From Blastocatellia bacterium (GTDB lineage Bacteria > Acidobacteriota > Blastocatellia > UBA7656): a DNA stretch of 64,000 bases. How positions within the stretch are numbered: the stretch's first letter is position 1; each line of letters opens with the position of its first letter. The stretch is from positions 64,001 to 128,000 of the forward strand of contig CAVXWP010000003.1 in assembly GCA_963765495.1 (NCBI GenBank). The letters are read 5' to 3'. The position numbers and the translations under genes are program-made. Shown piece by piece: positions 1 through 9,325 of the stretch. Under the pieces are notes generated by a model. It made no database searches. It had not been told where the DNA came from and saw nothing but the letters and a program-made list of their open reading frames with translations.

Positions 1-107
1 AGCTTTGAAGAGTATCAAGGCACTCATACCAGCGCGGTGGCCGTTCGTTTCCAGAACCACGTCTTGCCGTTCTTCAGCAAGAAACTTTGCTTCGCGAACA
101 ACTGTAA

Positions 108-1109
108 ATGATGGCTATGAAAAAAATCCTGGTGGCAACCCTCTTCGTCCTGGGGTGGTGGGTCAACGGCAAAGAGGTCAGTGGTATCTATGGTGGCAGC
201 CAGACCGTCATCGACGATGGCGTCTCCAATCGGGCCTCGGTCCTGGGATACAAAGTCAACGAAGCTAAATTGCCAACCACATCAACTGGCATCCTTTATG
301 CTCAGGTCAATGGGGATTGGACCGAACCATTTCCACCGTTCAGAATTGCGGGAAATCTCTACTATATCGGCAGCAAAGGCCTCGCCAACTATCTGATCAC
401 TACGCCGCAGGGGCATATCCTGATCAACAGTGATCTTGAAGAGAACATTCCCCTTATTCGGGCGAGTGTGGAAAAACTTGGATTCAAGTTCACCGACATC
501 AAGGTCCTGCTCATCAGCCATGCACATTGGGATCACAACGCCGCCAGCGATACCATCAAGAAGCTGACCGGCGCGAAGTACATGGTCATGGACGCCGACG
601 TGCCGGTTGTCGAATCGGGCGGCAAGGCGGACTTTCAGTATGGCAACGTGCCAGCGAGCCTCTACAAGCCAACGAATGTGGACCGCGTGCTTCACGATGG
701 CGATGAGGTCAAGTTAGGGGACGCAGTCTTGGTGGCGCATCTCACGCCCGGCCATACCAAGGGCTGCACCACTTGGACAATGAAGGTGCAGGAAGCGGGT
801 AAGCCCTATAACGTGGTAATCATCGGCAGCCCCAACGTGAATCCCGGCTACCGGCTCGTGAACAACTCGGCCTATCCGCAGATCGCGGCGGATTACGAAA
901 AGACGTTCCGCGTCTTGAAATCCTTGCCATGCGACATCTTTCTCGGCGCGCATGGCAATTACTTCGATCTCGAAACGAAATACGCGCGGCTGAAAGAGAG
1001 CGGCCTTGCCGCCTTCGTTGATCCTGAAGGCTACAAGAAGTACGTGGCCGACAAAGAAGAAGCCTTCAAGGCCGAACTCGCAAAGCAAAGAGCCGCTCTG
1101 CCGAGATGA
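108..1109 (+). CDS. Subclass B3 metallo-beta-lactamase (secreted)
   Basis: PFPPFRIAGNLYYIG, SHAHWDH (HxHxDH) Zn motif, TPGHTKG, GAH; hydrophobic N-terminus (likely start MKKIL at 117). Confidence 0.9.
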   Translation: MMAMKKILVATLFVLGWWVNGKEVSGIYGGSQTVIDDGVSNRASVLGYKVNEAKLPTTSTGILYAQVNGDWTEPFPPFRIAGNLYYIGSKGLANYLITTPQGHILINSDLEENIPLIRASVEKLGFKFTDIKVLLISHAHWDHNAASDTIKKLTGAKYMVMDADVPVVESGGKADFQYGNVPASLYKPTNVDRVLHDGDEVKLGDAVLVAHLTPGHTKGCTTWTMKVQEAGKPYNVVIIGSPNVNPGYRLVNNSAYPQIAADYEKTFRVLKSLPCDIFLGAHGNYFDLETKYARLKESGLAAFVDPEGYKKYVADKEEAFKAELAKQRAALPR

Positions 1110-1194
1110 CCAATGAATGGATGGGATGGTATAACAACGTGGTCGAGGCGCACGAAGCAGATTCCTGATGGTTACTTTGCGCCAGGGGTAATTT

Positions 1195-1443
1195 ATGTCG
1201 GAAGATTCAGGAGGCGGATGGGAGTCGAGCCAGGAAACGGTCTTTGACTCGGATGTCGAAAATGTTTGTCGGATCGAGACGGCTTCGCCGGGGCCGCGCG
1301 GACAACTGCCCATCACGGCGGAGGATCTGACAGTCCGTCCGAGCGGCGACATCTTCGGCTGGACGCAGGATGTCGGGATGGGTTGGAATCCGGCGCGGCT
1401 ACGACGCCCCGAAGTCCTGATCCTGAGCACGCTGGATTCTTAA
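1195..1443 (+). pseudogene. N-terminal fragment of YjhG/YagF-type D-xylonate dehydratase
   Basis: [36 protein letters not shown] matches the family N-terminus; stops after 82 aa. Confidence 0.7.
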
Positions 1444-1489
1444 CAGGGCGCTTGCTCAAGCAACGGCCAATCAATCCGAGGATACGACA

Positions 1490-1696
1490 GTGAAAATCTA
1501 TCGAGTAAAAGACGGGGTCATCATTCAAGGCGGGACGGTAGAGGTTGAGCGAATGCGCGCAGGACTTCAGAGGCTTCATACATCGTTATTGGAGGCGAAG
1601 ATCCAGCACGTCTGGCACGAGTCACCCGGCACAGACCACGAGTGGCAGACCTGGCGTCGCGATCTGAAAGACTTTGCTCCAAGACTCTTTCAATAG
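1490..1696 (+). pseudogene. Chimeric remnant ending in the C-terminus of an alpha/beta-fold carbohydrate esterase
   Basis: GTVE..ESPGTDHEWQTWRRDLKDFAPRLF is a typical esterase C-terminus; nucleophile region absent; the MKIYRVKDGVII start resembles an FAH-family N-terminus (weak). Confidence 0.6.
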
Positions 1697-1758
1697 GCCG
1701 CTCAATAAATGGCCGCGGCATTGAGCCGGAAGACTAAGACCGAAAGGAATGGCTTGTT

Positions 1759-3333
1759 ATGCGTGCACTTTTTGTCAGTTTCGCTCTGATCATTATGACC
1801 CTAATTGCTCCCTTCGCAGCCGCACAAAAGGTTGAATTGATTGTGGACGCATCTAAGGCCGGGGCGAAGATTGATCGTCATATTTTCGGCCAGTTCGCCG
1901 AGCACCTCGGTCATGGCGTCTACGAGGGCATATGGGTCGGCACGGGTTCGCCAATTCCTAACACGCGCGGCATCCGCAAGGATGTCGTCGCCGCGCTTAA
2001 GGCGATACGGGTGCCGAACGTTCGTTGGCCGGGCGGCTGCTTCGCCGACGAGTACCACTGGCGCAAAGGCATCGGCCCCGAGCGCCCAGAGACTCTCAAC
2101 CCCAACTGGGGCGGCGTGATCGAGCCAAACACCTTCGGCACGCACGAGTTCATGGACTTCCTCGACCAGATTGGTGCCGAGGCCTATCTCTCAGTAAACG
2201 TCGGCTCCGGCACGCTGCAAGAAGCCGCCGAGTGGCTGGAATACCTGACGACGGCGCAGCCGACCGCGCTTGCGAAGGAGCGCGCCGCCAACGGCCATCC
2301 GGCTCCCTACCCTATAGCCTTTCTCGGCATCGGCAATGAAAGCTGGGACTGCGGCGGCAACATGACGGCTGACTACTATCTGAGCCAGCTCAAGATTTAC
2401 AGCCGCTTCGTCCGCAACTTCAATCCGGCGCAGCAGGACAAACAGCAGATGCTCAAGATCGCCGTCGGCCCGGGAGGCGATGAGCCTCGATTCAACGAAT
2501 GGACCGAAACCATTATGAAAGCCTGGCAGAATCACCAGTGGAGTTGGGATATGCAAGGTCTCTCGCTACATAACTACACGGTCGTGAACTGGGACAAGAA
2601 GTTCGCATCCGTCGGATTCGGCGAGGGTGAGTACAGTCAGATCCTCAAGGCCACTTTGGAAATGGAAGGACTGATTCGCAAACATTCGGCCATCATGGAC
2701 AAGTATGACCCGCAAAAGAAGATCGCCCTCGTGGTTGACGAATGGGGCGCGTGGTACGCGCCGCTGCCCGGCAGCAATCCGGGGTTTCTGGTCCAGCAGA
2801 ACAGTCTGCGTGACGCGATACTCGCGGCGCTCAACCTCAACATCTTTGCCCGTCACGCCGACCGTGTGCGCATGACCAACATCGCGCAGATGATCAATGT
2901 CCTGCAAGCGATGATTCTGACCGACAAAGAAAAGATGGTGCTGACGCCGACCTACTACGTCTACAAAATGTACGTGCCATTCCAGGACGCCACGTTTGTG
3001 CCGGTCACTTTCAACGCCGGCACTTACACGCATGGAGAGATCACGTTACCGCGTGTGGACGCCATCGCCGCCCGGGACAAAGCCGGCAAGCTATGGCTTG
3101 AATTCACGAATGTCGATCCCAATCAGCCGGTCGAGATCGAGGTGAGTCTGGCCGGCATCACCGCTAAATCGGCAGCCGGGGAAACACTGACTGCGCCTGG
3201 AGTGGATAGCGTGAACAGCTTTGACGCACCGAATACGGTGGCGCCAAAACCCATCGCATCGAAGCTCCAGGGCGGTAAGCTGGCTTTGAGGCTGGAACCC
3301 AAGTCGGTGACCGTGATCTCAGTCGAGCAATGA
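1759..3333 (+). CDS. abfA: Alpha-L-arabinofuranosidase, GH51
   Basis: GQFAEHLG, RWPGGCFAD, GIGNESW (acid/base), VDEWG (nucleophile); signal peptide. Confidence 0.93.
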   Translation: MRALFVSFALIIMTLIAPFAAAQKVELIVDASKAGAKIDRHIFGQFAEHLGHGVYEGIWVGTGSPIPNTRGIRKDVVAALKAIRVPNVRWPGGCFADEYHWRKGIGPERPETLNPNWGGVIEPNTFGTHEFMDFLDQIGAEAYLSVNVGSGTLQEAAEWLEYLTTAQPTALAKERAANGHPAPYPIAFLGIGNESWDCGGNMTADYYLSQLKIYSRFVRNFNPAQQDKQQMLKIAVGPGGDEPRFNEWTETIMKAWQNHQWSWDMQGLSLHNYTVVNWDKKFASVGFGEGEYSQILKATLEMEGLIRKHSAIMDKYDPQKKIALVVDEWGAWYAPLPGSNPGFLVQQNSLRDAILAALNLNIFARHADRVRMTNIAQMINVLQAMILTDKEKMVLTPTYYVYKMYVPFQDATFVPVTFNAGTYTHGEITLPRVDAIAARDKAGKLWLEFTNVDPNQPVEIEVSLAGITAKSAAGETLTAPGVDSVNSFDAPNTVAPKPIASKLQGGKLALRLEPKSVTVISVEQ

Positions 3334-3369
3334 TGCAAGACTGCACGTAAAGTGGGCAGGAGGTTTGCA

Positions 3370-6063
3370 ATGTTTTCTCAAACGATCTCGCAACGGTGCG
3401 CGATGCGGGCGGCGGTCCTGTTTGTCGTCGCGGCGTGTCCATTCATCTTAGTGGCGCAACAGCGCTCCGCGAAGGCCCCCTACCTCGACCCGGCGCTTCC
3501 ATCCGAACGCCGCGCCGACGATCTCGTCGCGCGCATGACGCTTGAAGAGAAGATCTCGCAGATGATGAACGTCGCACCGGCCATCCCGCATTTAGGCATT
3601 CCGGAATACGACTGGTGGAACGAGGCGCTTCACGGCGTTGCGTTTTCAGGAGTAGCGACCGTCTTCCCGCAGGCGATAGGGCTTGGCGCCACCTTCGACC
3701 CCGACCTGGTCGGACGCATCGCCGACGTCATCTCGACCGAAGCCCGCGCCAAATACAATGAAGCGCAACGGCAGGGGAACCATGGTCGCTTTTACGGGCT
3801 CACGTTCTGGTCGCCGAACATCAATATCTTCCGGGACCCGCGCTGGGGCCGCGGCCAGGAGACCTACGGCGAAGACCCCTATCTGACGTCGCGTCTCGGC
3901 GTTGCCTTCGTGCGCGGCTTGCAGGGGAACGATCCGAAGTACCTCAAGGTGGTTTCGACGCCGAAGCACTATGCCGTACATAGCGGGCCGGAGCCTTTGC
4001 GCCACGGGTTCGACGCGGCGGCGAGCGACCGCGACCTGCGCGAAACCTACCTGCCCGCATTCCGGGCCACCGTGATCGAGGGGAAGGCCGCCTCCGTCAT
4101 GTGCGCCTATAACCGCGTCAACGGCCAGCCTTGCTGTGAGAATACACGGCTCCTGGCCGACATCCTCCGGGGCGAATGGGGCTTCGGGGGCTATGTCGTA
4201 TCGGACTGCGGCGCGGTCGGCGACATCTTCGCGAACCACAAGGTTGCGCCTTCCCAAGAGGCTGCCTCCGCGCGCGCCGTGAAGGCGGGAACCGACCTCG
4301 ATTGCGGCGACGAGTACGCGACGCTGCTCGCAGCCGTTAAGCAGGGACTCATCTCGGAAGCCGAAATAGACCGCGCGGTGAAGCGCCTGTTCGTCGCCCG
4401 GTTCCGGCTCGGAATGTTCGACCCGCCAGAGATGGTGCCGTTTTCGAAGATCCCGTTTTCAGAGAACGACTCGGCCGAGCACAGACGGCTCGCGTCCGAA
4501 GCCGCGCGCGAGTCCATGGTGCTGCTCAAGAACGATGGCACCCTGCCCCTCCGCAAGGACCTCGGCACGATCGCGGTCATCGGCCCGAACGCCGATGACC
4601 GCGACGTTTTGCTTGGCAACTACAATGGCCAGACGTCGCATGCCGTGACGCCGCTTGAGGGCATACGCCGGGCCGTCTCTGAGAAGACGAAGGTCGTCTC
4701 TGTGCGAGGCGCGTCGCTCACGTCCGTGGACGTCGTTCCCGTTCCGTCATCGTCCCTTACTCCGGCCGGCGCAGCGCCCGGCCAGCACGGTCTGCGCGCC
4801 GAGTATTTCGCCAATCGCGATCTCTCTGGAACTCCCGCTCTCACTCGCATTGATCCGGAAGTCTCTTTCGACTGGGGCATGGGGTCGCCGGCGCGAGAGA
4901 TTCCTGCGGACAACTTCTCGGCGCGGTGGACGGGAAAGCTCGTCGCCCCCGTGTCGGGCACGTATGCGCTGGGCTCGACAGCCGACGATGGCGTCCGCGT
5001 CTATCTCGACGGAAAGCTCATCACGGAGGATTGGACCGAGCATGCGCCAAGGACGGTGACCGGCCAGGTGACGCTCGAAGCGGGCCGCGCCTACGACGTG
5101 AAGGTCGAGTACTTCGAGAGCCACATCGGCGCGGTCGCCAGGTTCGTCTGGATGCCTCCCTCATCGCGCGAGGTCACTTTCGCCGAAGCGGTTGATGCGG
5201 CGAAGCGGGCCGATGCGGTCGTGATGGTGCTCGGCATCTCGTCCAAGCTCGAAGGCGAAGAGATGAACGTCACCGAGCCCGGGTTCAAGGGCGGCGACCG
5301 CACGTCGATTGACCTGCCGGAACGCCAGCAGCGCCTGCTCGAAGCGGTCGCGGCGACCGGCAAGCCCGTCGTCGTCGTGCTGTTGAGCGGCAGCGCGCTC
5401 GTGGTGAACTGGGCGGCCGAGCACGCAAACGCGATTCTCCAGGCGTGGTATCCGGGCGAAGAAGGCGGCACGGCCCTGGCCGATGTGCTCTTTGGCGATT
5501 ACAACCCGGCGGGCCGACTGCCCGTGACGTTCTACAAATCGCTCGACCAGTTGCCGCCGTTCGAGAGCTACGCGATGGACGGGCGGACCTACCGGTACTT
5601 CAAGGGCGAGCCGCTCTACCCGTTCGGCTATGGCCTCAGCTACACACGCTTCGGCTATTCGAAGCTCGTCGTACCGAAGAGGGTCGCGGCTGGCGCTCCC
5701 TTTACGGTCCGGGCGACCGTGACGAACACGGGCACGAAGCCGGGCGACGAAGTCATCCAGCTCTACGTGACGGATGTTGCGGCCTCCGTGCGCGTCCCCG
5801 TCCGCTCACTTCAGGGCGTACAAAGGATTCACCTCGCGCCCGGCGAGCGACGCGAAGTGAGCTTCGCGCTTGAGCCGCGCCAGCTCGCGATCGTCAACGA
5901 TTCGGGAGCGACAGTGGTCGAGCCCGGAGAGTTCTCAGTAGCGGTCGGCGGCAAGCAGCCGGGGTTTAAGGGGCGCACTGACGCGGCAACCACATCGGTC
6001 GTCGAAGGACGCTTTCGAGTGACAGGCAAAGCAACCGTGATCCGCAACGAGGCGAGTCGTTGA
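3370..6063 (+). CDS. GH3 beta-xylosidase/beta-glucosidase with PA14 insertion and Fn3-like C-terminal domain
   Basis: WWNEALHG, RDPRWGRGQETYGEDP, KHYAVH, VSDCGA; PA14 segment (FSARWTG..ADDGVRVYLDG); FGYGLSYT. Confidence 0.93.
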   Translation: MFSQTISQRCAMRAAVLFVVAACPFILVAQQRSAKAPYLDPALPSERRADDLVARMTLEEKISQMMNVAPAIPHLGIPEYDWWNEALHGVAFSGVATVFPQAIGLGATFDPDLVGRIADVISTEARAKYNEAQRQGNHGRFYGLTFWSPNINIFRDPRWGRGQETYGEDPYLTSRLGVAFVRGLQGNDPKYLKVVSTPKHYAVHSGPEPLRHGFDAAASDRDLRETYLPAFRATVIEGKAASVMCAYNRVNGQPCCENTRLLADILRGEWGFGGYVVSDCGAVGDIFANHKVAPSQEAASARAVKAGTDLDCGDEYATLLAAVKQGLISEAEIDRAVKRLFVARFRLGMFDPPEMVPFSKIPFSENDSAEHRRLASEAARESMVLLKNDGTLPLRKDLGTIAVIGPNADDRDVLLGNYNGQTSHAVTPLEGIRRAVSEKTKVVSVRGASLTSVDVVPVPSSSLTPAGAAPGQHGLRAEYFANRDLSGTPALTRIDPEVSFDWGMGSPAREIPADNFSARWTGKLVAPVSGTYALGSTADDGVRVYLDGKLITEDWTEHAPRTVTGQVTLEAGRAYDVKVEYFESHIGAVARFVWMPPSSREVTFAEAVDAAKRADAVVMVLGISSKLEGEEMNVTEPGFKGGDRTSIDLPERQQRLLEAVAATGKPVVVVLLSGSALVVNWAAEHANAILQAWYPGEEGGTALADVLFGDYNPAGRLPVTFYKSLDQLPPFESYAMDGRTYRYFKGEPLYPFGYGLSYTRFGYSKLVVPKRVAAGAPFTVRATVTNTGTKPGDEVIQLYVTDVAASVRVPVRSLQGVQRIHLAPGERREVSFALEPRQLAIVNDSGATVVEPGEFSVAVGGKQPGFKGRTDAATTSVVEGRFRVTGKATVIRNEASR

Positions 6064-6099
6064 TTGGGTATTCCCTCTCGACCGGAAGGAGCTTTAACT

Positions 6100-7797
6100 G
6101 TGAAAACACTTCTTTCTCGACGCGACTTCTTAAGAACATCGGCCATCGCCGCCGGTCTGCAATTACCGGCGTGGCGGACTCGCGCTGTGACCGCGGCTCA
6201 GTCAGCCCGCACGATCGCGCGCGGGCCATTCCAGCCGACCTGGGAATCGCTCGCGCAAAACTACCGCGTCCCCGAATGGTTCCGCGACGCGAAGTTTGGC
6301 ATCTGGGCGCACTGGTCGGCCCAGTGCGTGCCGGAGGAGGGCGACTGGTACGCGCGGAGAATGTACCAACAAGGCGACTCGGCTTACGACTACCACGTTA
6401 AGACTTATGGCCATCCCTCGAAGTTCGGCTTCATGGAAGTCGATAACCTCTGGAAGGCGGAGCGCTGGGAGCCTGAGAAGCTGATGGCGCTTTACAAGCG
6501 CGCCGGCGCGAAATACTTTTTCGCCCTCGCCAACCACCATGATAACTTCGACGCCTACGACTCGAAGTATCACGCCTGGAACTCGGTCAACGTCGGCCCG
6601 AAGAAAGACATCGTCGGCACGTGGGCCAAAGTCGCGCGGGCAAACGGGCTGCGCTTCGGCGTCAGCAACCATTCGGCCCACGCGTGGCACTGGTTTCAAG
6701 TCGCTTACGGGTACGATGCCGAAGGGGGGAAGGCCGGCCTGCGCTATGACGCCGCGCAGTTGACAAAGGCTGATGGGAAAGGCAAGTGGTGGGAGGGGCT
6801 CGACCCGCAGGAACTCTACACCGGACCTAACCTGATTGTGCCCGACGGCATCACCAGCATCGAAGCCATGAACGAGTGGCACGCGAAGCACGACGGCGCG
6901 TGGAACGAGAACCCGCCGCCGATGAATCCGGCGTTCACCGAGCAGTGGTTCCTCCGCTGTCAGGACCTGGTTGATAAATACCAGCCAGATGTTCTCTACT
7001 TCGACGACACCGAACTGCCGCTCGGCCAGGCGGGGCTCGATATTGTGGCGCACTACTACAACACCAATATCGCGCGCCACAAGGGCAAGCTCGAGGCGGT
7101 CGTCAATGCCAAACACATGAAGCCGGAACACGTCGCCGCCCTCGTCGAAGACATCGAGCGAGGCGTCGCCACCGGCATCCGCCCTCACCCGTGGCAGACC
7201 GACACCTGCATCGGCTCGTGGCATTACAGCCGGGCCATTGCCGAGCAGAACAAGTACAAGACGGTCGGTCAGGTCATAGATATGCTGCTCGACATCGTGA
7301 GCAAAAACGGTAACCTCATGCTCAGCGTCCCCGTCCGCGGCGACGGCACGATAGACGAGCACGAGATCGCTTTCCTCGAAGGCATGGCGGCATGGATGAA
7401 GACGAATGCCGAGGGCGTCTTCGGCAGCCGCCCGTGGAAGGTTTACGGCGAAGGCCCCTCGACCGTTGAGACGCCCGAGGCGGGCCAGTTCGGCGGCGCG
7501 CGCGACGTGCGCAGCAAGGCTTACACGATTGAAGACATCCGCTTCACGACTAAGGGTGACACGCTCTACGCCTACCTGCTTGCGCCGCAGCCAGCGACGT
7601 CGGTCGTCATCAAGAGCCTGGCGACGAACTCGCCACACACCGGCGGACGGAAAGTTAAGGACGTTATGATTCTGGGCGGCGGCAAACCGGAGTGGTCGCA
7701 AGGCGAGCAAGGTCTCAGCGTGAAGCTGCCGGAGAGGCTACCGAGCAATGAGGCGGTCGGGCTGAAGATCAGCTATGACTCGCGCAGAAAAGGCTGA
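6100..7797 (+). CDS. Alpha-L-fucosidase, GH29, Tat signal
   Basis: SRRDFL twin-arginine motif; PEWFRDAKFGIWAHW, HHDNF, LYFDD; GTG start after AAGGAG. Confidence 0.9.
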   Translation: MKTLLSRRDFLRTSAIAAGLQLPAWRTRAVTAAQSARTIARGPFQPTWESLAQNYRVPEWFRDAKFGIWAHWSAQCVPEEGDWYARRMYQQGDSAYDYHVKTYGHPSKFGFMEVDNLWKAERWEPEKLMALYKRAGAKYFFALANHHDNFDAYDSKYHAWNSVNVGPKKDIVGTWAKVARANGLRFGVSNHSAHAWHWFQVAYGYDAEGGKAGLRYDAAQLTKADGKGKWWEGLDPQELYTGPNLIVPDGITSIEAMNEWHAKHDGAWNENPPPMNPAFTEQWFLRCQDLVDKYQPDVLYFDDTELPLGQAGLDIVAHYYNTNIARHKGKLEAVVNAKHMKPEHVAALVEDIERGVATGIRPHPWQTDTCIGSWHYSRAIAEQNKYKTVGQVIDMLLDIVSKNGNLMLSVPVRGDGTIDEHEIAFLEGMAAWMKTNAEGVFGSRPWKVYGEGPSTVETPEAGQFGGARDVRSKAYTIEDIRFTTKGDTLYAYLLAPQPATSVVIKSLATNSPHTGGRKVKDVMILGGGKPEWSQGEQGLSVKLPERLPSNEAVGLKISYDSRRKG

Positions 7798-7885
7798 ACT
7801 GCTCCAGTGGATTGTGCGCGACCTCGGCGATGCCTTTCCGAGAATTGAGAGCCACCCAGGCGTCATGGGAGGCGCGGCCTGCAGT
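7775..7885 (+). pseudogene. Fragment of a DUF433-family (antitoxin-like) gene overlapping the GH29 stop
   Basis: MTRAEKAELLQWIVRDLGDAFPRIESHPGVMGGAAC matches a DUF433 N-terminus, then similarity ends. Confidence 0.65.
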
Positions 7886-7935
7886 GCGGCACCGGCATGG
7901 AGATATTCATCAACAGCCTATTTCCATTATCGTTC

Positions 7936-9165
7936 TCAGGCAAGCTCAGTGCGAATTGCTTTTATTGCCGCGTCAATATCCGCCTCGGTGTTGAAGATGT
8001 GCGGCGAGATGCGATTTCCGTTAAACCACCTTTTCTCTCCGACCTTAATCACTATGCCGTATTTTTTGAGTAAGAGATCCCGAAAAGCCCGACCGTCGAT
8101 TGAATCAGGAAGTTTGAACGAAACAAGCGGCGTCGCGAGTGGCCCGGGCGGTGGACTAACCACTTGAATCTTTGAGATTTTGCTTAATTTCATATAGGCC
8201 CGGTCGCGCAATTCGATGATGCGTTTTTCAACCGTCGCCATGCCGCGTTTTTGCATGGCTTCGATAGCGGCCCCAAGCCCGACCACCAGAGGGAGGTTTC
8301 CCACGCCAGTCGAACTTGCAACGAACCGAAGCCCGTCCTCGCGCTGAACCGGTTGGATCAAGGAAGTCGCATCTTTGCTGATGTAGAGAAACCCCGTTCC
8401 TTTCGGCCCCATCAGCCATTTGTGACCGGTGGCTACGTAGGCAGAACATCCTAACTTCCTGACATCGACATCAATGCCCCCAACCGCCTGAGCGCCGTCA
8501 ACGACGCACAATATCCCGCGATTTTTTGCCAGAGCCGCTATCTCCGCTATCGGCATTCTCAGGCCGGTTGAGGTAATCACGTGGCTGACACTGATAACCT
8601 TTGTCCTGTCGGTAATCGCTTTTTCAAACCGGCTGATTATCGCCTTGATGTCGAAATCGCCGGGGGCTATTGTCACTAGATCGATATCAATGCCACGGCG
8701 TCTTTTCAGGTAGCTCCAACAGATGCTACCGCCTTCGTGTTCGACGTCAGTGGTCAGGACGCGGTCGCCAGGATTCAGATTGAGACCCAGAGCAACGCAG
8801 TTCATGGCATCGGTTGCGCTTCGGGATATGAGCAGTTCGTCAGCGGTGCAGCCGATTAAGGTCGCCACCTGTTCACGCGCGTGATCCGTCTCTACATGAA
8901 CGGCACCCATCCCATATGCCATCATAACCGGATCCAACTCCAGCTCATACCAGGCCTTCAAAACTTTATCGAGAACGGTTCGAGGTGTGGGTCCGAGTGC
9001 AGCAGTGTTGAGGTAGTTCAATCCCGGCTCGAACATATATTCCGAATTGTCGGCAAGGCGTGCCTCTAACTCAGGGCCCTTTGACCGGGCAAACGGCTCT
9101 GCGTTCAGCAGAAATGCCCCGCTTGTCAGCCCCGCGAGTAGCTCGCGACGTGAAAGTTTGTTCAC
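7936..9165 (-). CDS. Tat-exported class V PLP-dependent aminotransferase (cysteine desulfurase/isopenicillin N epimerase-like)
   Basis: GTG start after AAGGAGG; SRRELL; YLNTAALGP, DGAQ, TGHKWLMGPKGTG (PLP lysine). Confidence 0.85.
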   Translation of the reverse strand: MNKLSRRELLAGLTSGAFLLNAEPFARSKGPELEARLADNSEYMFEPGLNYLNTAALGPTPRTVLDKVLKAWYELELDPVMMAYGMGAVHVETDHAREQVATLIGCTADELLISRSATDAMNCVALGLNLNPGDRVLTTDVEHEGGSICWSYLKRRRGIDIDLVTIAPGDFDIKAIISRFEKAITDRTKVISVSHVITSTGLRMPIAEIAALAKNRGILCVVDGAQAVGGIDVDVRKLGCSAYVATGHKWLMGPKGTGFLYISKDATSLIQPVQREDGLRFVASSTGVGNLPLVVGLGAAIEAMQKRGMATVEKRIIELRDRAYMKLSKISKIQVVSPPPGPLATPLVSFKLPDSIDGRAFRDLLLKKYGIVIKVGEKRWFNGNRISPHIFNTEADIDAAIKAIRTELA

Positions 9166-9325
9166 AGATTCACCCTCCTTTGAACAGCACAACTGTGCGG
9201 CGGGTCTCGGACATCTGCGGTTAAATTGCTCATCCGCCCTGGCAATGACTGACTGAAATCTTCGCAACATCACGACCGAACCGTGTGGCTTTGGCGCAGG
9301 GAAATTCGTCCGTTCAATCAACGGC

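Noticed and set aside
6202-7710. 502-aa antisense ORF
   Set aside because: Shadow of the GC3-biased GH29 gene; no recognisable motifs.
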